Shown in pieces: positions 55,108-64,000 of a stretch of 64,000 bases of DNA. The first letter of the stretch is position 1. Each line of letters opens with the position of its first letter. The DNA is from Eledone cirrhosa. Lineage: Eukaryota. Made by a program: the position numbers and the translations under genes. The stretch covers positions 29,166 through 93,165 of the forward strand of contig CAXHJY010000656.1 of NCBI GenBank assembly GCA_964016885.1, in the 5' to 3' direction. The notes beneath the pieces are model-generated. The model saw nothing but the letters and a program-made list of their open reading frames with translations, made no database searches and was not told the origin of the DNA.

Positions 55108-57197
55108 TCATCATCATCATCATCATCATCAGGTTTAGCGTCCGTGTTCCACGCTTGCATGGGTTTGGACGGGGGTTTTCCCACTTGAGGCAAGAGTGGT
55201 TGTCTTGCTCGCATAGGACTGTCTGGCGGGTTTTCTACAGTTGGATGCCCTTCCTAACACCAACCACATTTACAGTGTGGGGCTGGGAGGTTTTTACCGT
55301 GTTGCCTACACGGCCACATTACAGCGTGGACTGTCTGGCGGGTTTTCTACAGCTGGATGCCCTTCCTAACACCAACCACATTTACAGTGTGGGGCTGGGA
55401 GGTTTTTACCGTGTTGCCTACACGGCCACATTTACAGCGTGGACTGTGTGTTTTTTGTCGTGACACCTACACGATCTCATTTGTTTCGGCCTGGATGTTG
55501 TGGGACCAACATAACTTTACATTGAAAGGGGCGGTGTGGGTGGGGTGGAGGTGGTGGGACGGGGGTGTGTTTTGATAGAGGTGCCTACTGACTGTAGTAG
55601 GTTTTTACTTTGTATTTAGGTAAGGCGGGTCTTCTCTATTACTGAGTACCGCCAAAGGTCTCGGTCCAGTGACATTGTCTTGGTGAGGTGTAAGCGTGTG
55701 AGGTCGGAATTTATCAGCTCGTCCCATGTTTTTCTGGGTCTGCCTACTCCGTGGCTACCGTCTATCTTTATTGCCCTGCACTTTGTTATACAGCTGTCGT
55801 CTTTCATGCGCATCACGTGACCGTACCAACGTAGCCTTCTCTCGAGTAAACAACATCTGATCCCTCTTATTTCTAATTTTTTTCTTAGTTCGTTTATGCT
55901 TTGCCGTTCACGTATATTACTATTGCACATCCAGCGGAGCATGCAAGCTTCGTTCCTCTCTAGTCTGCGTATATCCTCTGCACACAATGCCCAGGTCTCA
56001 CTGCCATGCAGCATTGCTGTTCGTATGCAGGCATCGTATAACCTGCCTTTCATTTTTAGGGAGAACCCTCTAGCGGCTAATAGTGGTATAAGCTCTCTGA
56101 ACTTTTTCCATCCAGTTCTGACTCTAGCTACTGTACTTTCAGAGCACCCTCCCCCACTGCTGATTTTGTCACCCAGATAACGGAAGCTGTCCACTATTTC
56201 TATAGAACCCTCTGCGCAGTTGAAGGAGCTAGTATTTTGTGGGCACTTGCTGCTACTTATTGCACCAGAGCACCGGCCACATGTAAAATCTATGTTCTTA
56301 GTTAGCTTACCTGTGATCCCACTACATCTTTTATGCACCCATACTTTGCATTTGGGACATAAAATGGAGTTTCTACCTACGCCTTTCCTACACACTGAGC
56401 ATGGCCATTTCCCCGATGGGACCGCCGCCTTATTTTCTTTCCTACAAACTAGAACTTTAGTCTTAGCCAGGTTAATTTTAAGGCCTTTTGATTCTAGGCC
56501 GTGCTTCCACGTTTGGAATTTCTTCTCTAGTTCGGTCATTGATTCAGCTATGAGCGTTAGATCATCTGCGTATAGGAGTTCCCATGGGCAGCCGGTCTTG
56601 AACTCCTCTGTTATAGCCTGAAGGGCAATAATAAATAGTAGGGGGCTAAGTACAGAGCCCTGATGGACACCAACTTTTACGCTAAACTCTTCACTATATT
56701 CGTTGTTAATTCTAACCTTACTGACTGTTTCTTTATACATGGCTTGTATAGCTCTCACAAGCCATTCGTCAACACCTAGTTTTCTAAGAGACCACCAGAT
56801 AATGGAACGGGGGACTCTGTCGAAGGCTTTCTCCAAGTCGACAAAAGCTAAGTATAGGGGTTTACTTTTAGCTAGGTACTTCTCCTGTAGTTGTCGTACA
56901 ATGAAAAGAGCGTCTGTGGTACTTTTGCCTGACACAAACCCGAACTGCATTTCATCTAGATCAATTCTCTCTCTGATTAGTTGCGCTATTACTTTTTCCG
57001 TGACCTTCATGACCTGGTCGATTAATTTAATGCCTCTATAGTTACTCCTATCTAGGGCATCTCCTTTTCCCTTATAGCAGTTAACGATGATGCTGCTACG
57101 CCATTCCTTCGGAACAACCCCATTCTGTACGACTTGGTTAACTATCCGGGTGACCATGGTGTGTCCCACCGAACCAGATGCCTTCAGCATCTCAGCA
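55108..57197 (-). mobile_element. RTE family A1, 5'-truncated, uninterrupted 524-aa RT-PHD ORF
   Basis: ORF 55616-57190; duplicated 3' UTR module; (TGA)n tail; TA flanks. Confidence 0.96.
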
Positions 57198-57209
57198 ATA
57201 TATATATAT

Positions 57210-57240
<31 letters not shown>

Positions 57241-57276
57241 ATATATATTATATATATATATTATATATATATATAT

Positions 57277-57307
<31 letters not shown>

Positions 57308-57335
57308 GATATATATTATATATATATATATATAT

Positions 57336-57366
<31 letters not shown>

Positions 57367-57375
57367 CATATATAT

Positions 57376-57469
<94 letters not shown>

Positions 57470-57613
57470 ATATATATATTTATATTATATATATATATAT
57501 TATATATATATATATATTATATATATATATTATATATATATAAATATATTATATATATATATATATTATATATATATTATATATATATATATATATTATA
57601 TATATATATATAT

Positions 57614-57644
<31 letters not shown>

Positions 57645-57735
57645 ATATATATTATATATATATATTATATATATATATATTATATATATATATATATTAT
57701 ATATATAGATATATATTATATATATATATATATAT

Positions 57736-57766
<31 letters not shown>

Positions 57767-57807
57767 CATATATATTATATATATATATATATTATATATA
57801 TATATAT

Positions 57808-57840
<33 letters not shown>

Positions 57841-57899
57841 CATATATATTATATATATATATTATATATATATATATATTATATATATATATATATTAT
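57198..57899. repeat. (TA)n/TTA-punctuated microsatellite with ~400-bp internal duplication
   Basis: gat...cata markers at ~57308/57367 recur at ~57708/57767. Confidence 0.9.
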
Positions 57900-58488
57900 A
57901 TCATCATCATCATCAGGTTTAGCGTCCGTGTTCCACGCTTGCATGGGTTTGGACGGGGGTTTTCCCACTTGAGGCAAGAGTGGTTGTCTTGCTCGCATAG
58001 GACTGTCTGGCGGGTTTTCTACAGTTGGATGCCCTTCCTAACACCAACCACATTTACAGTGTGGGGCTGGGAGGTTTTTACCGTGTTGCCTACACAGCCA
58101 CATTAGAGCGTGAACTGTCTGGTGGGTTTTCTACAGCTGGAGGCCCTTCCTAACACCAACCACATTTACAGTGTGGGGCTGGGAGGTTTTTACCGTGTTG
58201 CTTACACGGCCACATTTACAGCGTGGACTGTGTGTTTTTTTATCGTGACACCTACACGATCTCATTTGTTTCGGCCTGGATGTTGTGGGACCAACATAAC
58301 TTTACATTGAAAGGGGCGGTGTGGATGGGGTGGAGGTGGTGGGACGGGGGGGGGGGGGTGTTTTGATAGAGATGCCTACTGACTGTAGTAGGTTTTTACT
58401 TTGTATTTAGGTAAGGCGGGTCTTCTCTATTACTGAGTACCGCCAAAGGTCTCGGTCCAGTGACATTGTCTTGGAGAGGTGTAAGCGT
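57900..58488 (-). mobile_element. RTE A1 3' fragment
   Basis: [12 protein letters not shown]...EKTRLT*, 3' UTR and tail. Confidence 0.93.
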
Positions 58489-58614
58489 ATTATATATATA
58501 GATATATATTATATATATATATATATTATATATATATATATATATACTCTATATATACATATATATTATATTATATTATATATATTATATATATATATAT
58601 ATTATATTATATTA

Positions 58615-58654
<40 letters not shown>

Positions 58655-58729
58655 CATATATATATATTATATATATATATATATTATATATATATATATA
58701 TATTATATATATTATATATATATATATAT

Positions 58730-58760
<31 letters not shown>

Positions 58761-58842
58761 ATATATATATATATATTATATATATATATATATTTTATAT
58801 ATATATTATATATATATATATATATTATATATATATATATAT

Positions 58843-59290
58843 ACCCATCCCACCCCATCCACACCGCCCCCTTCAATGCAAAGTTATGTTGGTGCCACAA
58901 CATCCAGGCCAAAACAAACGAGATCGTGTAGGTGTCACGACAAAAAAACACACAGTCCACGCTGTAATGTGACCGTGTAGGCAACACGGTAAAAACCTCC
59001 CAGTCCCACACTGTAAATGTGGTTGGTGTTAGGAAGGGCATCCAGCTGTAGAAAACACGCCAGACAGTCCACGCTGTAATGTGGCCGTGTAGGCAACACG
59101 GTAAAAACCTCTCAGCCCCACACTGTAAATGTGGTTGGTGTTAGGAAGGGCATCCAGCCGTAGAAAACCCACCAGACAGTCCTATGCGAGCAAGACAACC
59201 ACTCTTGCCTCAAGTGGGAAAACCCCCGTCCAAACCCATGCAAGCGTGGAACACGGACGTTAAACGATGATGATGATGATGATGATGATA
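58843..59290 (+). mobile_element. RTE A1 3'-UTR-only fragment
   Basis: Starts inside the C-tract; two UTR modules; (TGA)n tail. Confidence 0.93.
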
Positions 59291-59420
59291 TATATATATT
59301 ATATATATATATATTATATATATATATATTATATATATATTATATATATATATATATATTATATATATTATATATATATATTATATATATATATTATATA
59401 TATATATATATATTATATAT

Positions 59421-60130
59421 ATTCTCTTTTACTCTTTTACCTGTTTCAGCCATCCGGCTGAGGCCATGCTTGGGCACCGCCCTTGTTGCTACACATTTTA
59501 TCTCCAGCCTGTATAGGTTGGCCACTGGTGTAAGAGGGAGTTTGTTGCTGCTGCCCTTAGGTTTCCCTCGTGTCTTGCTGTGGGCTCATCCGGGATCCTG
59601 GATAACAAGTTGTCGAGATGTTTCTTAAAGACATCCACCTCCACGTCATGCAGGTCTCTCAGATGCCTCGGCAGCCTTTTGAAGAGTTGAGGGACCTTGA
59701 ATCTCAGGCTATTGCAATACCTGCTCCTTATTCTAGATGTGGAAGACGGGACCTTTGGCACCACACAGTGACGTCCTGTTCGACGGTTGGTCCAGCTCCC
59801 AATGCCAAAGTTTGGTGCTAGTCCCTCCAGGATTTTCCACATGTAGATCACTGCGTATCTCTCCCGTCTTCGCTCCAAGGAGTAGAGGTTCAGTTCGTTC
59901 AGCCTCTCCCAGGAGCTTGTCTCCCTCATCTTGGCAATCCTCTTGGTGTAGCTTCGCTGGATTACCTCAAGCTCCGTGGTTAGTTTGACACTATGGGGTG
60001 ACCACAACTGGGAGCAGTAGTCCAGGCGGCTTAGTATCAACATGGTGTCTCGATCTCTTGTCCGGAAAGTCCTCAAGATCCAGCCAGCGAGTCGTCTGCA
60101 CATTGTCGCCACTTTCATGATGTGTGCAGA
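59421..60130 (-). mobile_element. CR1-clade LINE 3' fragment
   Basis: GWILRTF, SRLDYCSQLWSP, LE.IQR..TK.I, ERL..L.LYSLERRR, FK..LD..L..IPDEP; tail ...ctgaaacaggtaaaagagtaaaagag. Confidence 0.9.
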
Positions 60131-60166
60131 AAATATATAGAAAATATATATATAATATATATATAT

Positions 60167-60222
<56 letters not shown>

Positions 60223-60257
60223 ATATATATATTATATATATATATTATATATATATA

Positions 60258-63200
60258 TGAAATATGAATCTGCGAGCTACCTGAAATATGAATCTGCGAG
60301 CTACCAAGCACCCACGTGAAGCGCCAACCCAGAGACCCTCCCCTACGAGTGTCGACAAATGCCCAAAACTCCGAGTTGGTACCATCAATGTAGGCTCAAT
60401 GAAAGGAAGAGCAGGAGAAATCGTAGAAATGCTAGAGCGAAAGGAAGTTGATGTATGCTGTGTGCAAGAGACTAGATGGAGAGGAGGGTCTGCTAGAGTC
60501 CTTGTAGGAAAAAGCCAGTGCTACAAATTTTTCTGGGTGGGAAATGACGATGGGATGGGTGGTGTAGGTATACTATTAGCTGACAAGTGGGTAGATAAAG
60601 TAATCTCAGTGTACAGGGTAAATGCAAGAATCATTAAACTCAGACTAGTCCTGAATAAGACAATTACCACAATAATATCAGCTTACGCACCCCAATCGGG
60701 GCTGCCAGACGAACTTAAGGATAGGTTTTACGAGTCCCTAATACACACTACTGCTCTAACAGACGACAAGGACTTCCTAATCATTGCAGGAGATTTTAAC
60801 GGACACGTAGGTAAACACTGCGACGGCTTCAATAGAGTACATGGAGGCCATGGAGTTGGCACAAGGAATGAGGAAGGATTCAGACTTCTAGAATTCTGCG
60901 ACGCCAATGACATGTCGATATGTAACACAAACTTTAAAAAACCCGACAACCACCTGATCACCTATAGATCAGGGGAGCACTCTAGTCAGTTAGATTTTAT
61001 CCTCATCAGAGGACGTGACAGATGGACGGTCGTAAACACAAAAGCCTTCCCTAGTGAGGAATGTACATCCCAACATAGCTTAGTTGTCAGCGACCTCACG
61101 GTCAGAACTAGACGAGCCCTGAAACAGAGGCCAACCTGGAGAAGAAAGATCTGGAAGCTGAAAGTCCCCTCAACCAGTAACAGATTTAAAGATATTTTAC
61201 TCAACGCCTACGACAGTAAAGAAGAACAGATAGAGACATTTAACGTAGAAGAGAACTGGGAGTTCCTAAAAAATAACTTACTAGAGGCGACGGATGAGGT
61301 TTGTGGCTGGAGTAAGACCTCAAGCAGGAGAGTGACTTGGTGGTGGAACAATAAGGTAGATGAAGCAGTCAAGGCCAAGAGACAGGCATGGAAAGAATGG
61401 AAGAACGGGGGGAGCAGGGTACATTACATAGAGACCAAGAGGGAAGCTAGGCGACAAGTATACTTAGCTAGGAGCGAAGCAGAGGATAGAAAATTCAAGC
61501 ATGTTTTACAACGTGAGGACCAGAAACAGGAGGTATTCAAGATTGCGAGGCAGTGTGTCAGAGATAGTTGTGATGTCATTGGAGAGAAGTGTATCCGGAA
61601 TGATAAAGGTGAGCTTGCCCTCACAAGTGCTGAGAAGAAAGATGCATGGAAGAGTCATTATGATAGATTACTAAATGAGGAGAATGCATGGGAAGAAGAG
61701 ACCCTACCCCACGTAGACCCTATAGAGGGACCAGCAGTACAAGTCAGCGGCAGCGTAGTAAGTAAGGCAATCAGAGATATGAAGATAGGGAAGGCAACCG
61801 GTCCATCGGGTATAGCTGCCGAGATGCTGAAGGCATCTGGGTCTGTAGGTCACACTATAACCACGCGTATCGTTAACCAGGTAATACTAGAGGGGGCCAT
61901 ACCAAAAGATTGGTGCAGTAGCATCATTGTCAACTGCTACAAAGGTAAAGGCGATGCACTAGATAGAGGAAACTATAGAGGTATAAAGTTGATGGACCAG
62001 GTCATGAAAGTAACAGAAAGAGTTATAGCACAGCTGATTAGGGACCGGGTGAATATAGACGAGATGCAATTTGGGTTTGTACCAGGGAAAGGCACCACTG
62101 ATGCCCTCTTCCTTGTGAGGCAATTACAGGAAAAGTACCTAGCTAAAAGTAAGCCACTCTACTTGGCATTTGTCGACCTTGAGAAAGCCTTTGACAGAGT
62201 TCCACGTGCAGTAATCTGGTGGGCTCTTAGAAAACTAGGAGTAGATGAATGGCTTGTGAAAGCGGTACAAGCCATGTATAGGGGAGCAGTCAGCAAAGTT
62301 AGGATTGGCAATGAGTATAGCGAGGAATTTAGCGTACAGGTTGGGGTCCACCAGGGCTCTGTTCTTAGCCCTCTCCTGTTCATCATAGTCCTGCAGGCAA
62401 TAACGGAGGAGTTTAAGACCGGATGCCCATGGGAACTCCTGTATGCTGATGACCTCGCACTCATAGCTGAATCTATGGTAGAACTAGAGAATAAATTCCA
62501 AACCTGGAAGCAGGGACTAGAGAGAAAGGGCCTCAAAGTCAACATGACAAAGACTAAGGTCCTTGTAAGTAGACGAGAAAACAGAACCCAGATCCCCTCA
62601 GGGAAATGGCCTTGCTCAGTATGTAGGAAAGGTGTAGGTAGGAACTCCATTCTCTGCCCCAAATGCAAACAATGGGTACACAAGAGATGTAGCGGGATCT
62701 CAGGAAGCTTAATTAAGAATGTAGGATTCACATGCAGCAGCTGTGCTGAAACAGCAAGCAAACAGCCACAGGAAACAAGTACCACCAATCTCTGGGAGGG
62801 CCCTGTAGAAACAGTAGACAGCTTCTGCTACCTAGGTGACCGAATTAGCAACGGAGGTGGGTGCTCAGAAAGTACAATAACTAGGGTAAGAACGGGATGG
62901 AAGAAGTTTAGGGAACTACTACCACTGCTAGCTGCAAAAGGCTTCTCCCTCAGAATGAAAGGCAGACTGTATGATGCGTGTATCCGAACAGCGATGTTGC
63001 ATGGTAGTGAGACCTGGGCGCTGAAGGTGGAAGACTTACGTAGATTAGAGAGAAACGAAGCCTGCATGCTCCGATGGATGTGTAACAGTAATATACGTGA
63101 ACGACAAAGCATAAAGGAATTGAGAGAGAGACTGAGCATAAGAGGAATCAAATGCTGCGTGCAGGAGAGGCGGTTACGCTGGTATGGACATGTGATGCGT

Positions 63201-63712
63201 ATGAAGGATGACAGCTGCATAAAAAGGTGCAGAGCACTAGAAGTTGATGGAAACCGCGGAGTGGGGAGACCCAAGATGACTTGGGATGAGGTGATAAAAG
63301 CCGACCTTACCCAACTACATCTCTCAAAGTCAATGACACACGAACGTGACTTCTGGCGTCACGCAGTAATACAGGGTACCCGACCTCCCATGGGTAGATG
63401 CTGAAGCATATAAACAATATGCCCCCACTCCCCCCACCGCAAGATGGTCGTGGAGGTGCCACGGCAAAAAAGCACCCAGCCCACACTGTAAAGTGGACGT
63501 GTAGGCGCCACGAAAAAGCACCCAGCACTCACTGTAAATGAGGTTGGTGTTAGGAAGGGCATCCAGCTGTAGAAATCAAGCCAGATCAGTTCCTGTATGA
63601 GCAAGGCATGGTCAGCCGACCAGACACTGCCCACAACAGGACAACCCGTCTAACCCATGCTAGCGTGGAAGAACGGACGTAAAACGGTGATGATGATGAT
63701 GATGATGATGAT
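60258..63712 (+). mobile_element. RTE family A2 with intact ORF
   Basis: 24-bp duplication at the 5' junction, ORF, ~285-nt 3' UTR, (TGA)n tail, TA repeats on both flanks. Confidence 0.96.
60288..63404 (+). CDS. RTE-A2 ORF, 1038 aa: APE endonuclease and reverse transcriptase with embedded PHD-type finger
   Basis: TINVG, VQETRW, GVG, AYAPQ, AGDFNGH, LDF, SQH; [29 protein letters not shown]4HC3 insert, YLGD, RLRWYGH, GRP. Confidence 0.96.
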   Translation: MNLRATKHPREAPTQRPSPTSVDKCPKLRVGTINVGSMKGRAGEIVEMLERKEVDVCCVQETRWRGGSARVLVGKSQCYKFFWVGNDDGMGGVGILLADKWVDKVISVYRVNARIIKLRLVLNKTITTIISAYAPQSGLPDELKDRFYESLIHTTALTDDKDFLIIAGDFNGHVGKHCDGFNRVHGGHGVGTRNEEGFRLLEFCDANDMSICNTNFKKPDNHLITYRSGEHSSQLDFILIRGRDRWTVVNTKAFPSEECTSQHSLVVSDLTVRTRRALKQRPTWRRKIWKLKVPSTSNRFKDILLNAYDSKEEQIETFNVEENWEFLKNNLLEATDEVCGWSKTSSRRVTWWWNNKVDEAVKAKRQAWKEWKNGGSRVHYIETKREARRQVYLARSEAEDRKFKHVLQREDQKQEVFKIARQCVRDSCDVIGEKCIRNDKGELALTSAEKKDAWKSHYDRLLNEENAWEEETLPHVDPIEGPAVQVSGSVVSKAIRDMKIGKATGPSGIAAEMLKASGSVGHTITTRIVNQVILEGAIPKDWCSSIIVNCYKGKGDALDRGNYRGIKLMDQVMKVTERVIAQLIRDRVNIDEMQFGFVPGKGTTDALFLVRQLQEKYLAKSKPLYLAFVDLEKAFDRVPRAVIWWALRKLGVDEWLVKAVQAMYRGAVSKVRIGNEYSEEFSVQVGVHQGSVLSPLLFIIVLQAITEEFKTGCPWELLYADDLALIAESMVELENKFQTWKQGLERKGLKVNMTKTKVLVSRRENRTQIPSGKWPCSVCRKGVGRNSILCPKCKQWVHKRCSGISGSLIKNVGFTCSSCAETASKQPQETSTTNLWEGPVETVDSFCYLGDRISNGGGCSESTITRVRTGWKKFRELLPLLAAKGFSLRMKGRLYDACIRTAMLHGSETWALKVEDLRRLERNEACMLRWMCNSNIRERQSIKELRERLSIRGIKCCVQERRLRWYGHVMRMKDDSCIKRCRALEVDGNRGVGRPKMTWDEVIKADLTQLHLSKSMTHERDFWRHAVIQGTRPPMGRC

Positions 63713-63926
63713 ATATATATATATTATATATATATATATATATTATATATATATATATATTATATACATATATATATAATATATATATATTATACATATA
63801 TATATTATATATATATATTATATATATATATATATAAATATTATATATATATATATTATATATATATATATATATATATTATATTATATATATATATATA
63901 TATTATATATATATATATTATATATA

Positions 63927-63995
<69 letters not shown>

Positions 63996-64000
63996 ACTAT
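63713..64000. repeat. (TA)n/TTA-punctuated microsatellite
   Basis: Direct reading. Confidence 0.95.

Noticed and set aside
52354-63274. Recurrent antisense ORFs such as MLCRSRILL..., MKELVFCGH... and MVVLVSCG...
   Set aside because: Shadows of RT codon usage on the opposite strand; they recur only because the LINE copies are near-identical

Overview
AT-rich, repeat-saturated animal genomic DNA. It is most likely from an octopod/coleoid mollusc, inferred from the RTE-dominated LINEs, tRNA-CORE and Meta-type SINEs and giant TA microsatellites. The only host gene is a + strand TMEM38/TRIC trimeric intracellular cation channel. Four coding exons with phase-consistent GT-AG junctions lie at 13045-13204, 40557-40741, 41450-41537 and 42385-42661; the first exon is presumably upstream of the window. 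The upstream intron holds a ~7.2 kb array of a 48-bp satellite with higher-order structure. The 27-kb intron and the region downstream of the gene are nests of non-LTR retrotransposons inserted into (TA)n/(TATG)n microsatellites. RTE family A has ~18 copies in three subfamilies, one with an intact 1038-aa ORF at 60288-63404, and carries a C4HC3 PHD-type finger inserted inside the reverse transcriptase. RTE family B has one intact 1181-aa ORF at 23212-26757 with three C-terminal C2H2 fingers, plus a bipartite non-autonomous derivative. There are also an RLE-endonuclease LINE fragment, a CR1 fragment, chimeric SINEs, and Penelope-like remnants with two minimal hammerhead ribozyme motifs. Most notable: the RT-embedded PHD finger, microsatellite targeting shown by 25-70 bp target-site duplications, G-tract breakpoints, a cDNA fold-back junction, and long inverted LINE pairs. 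All long I/Y/M/V/C ORFs are microsatellite artefacts.
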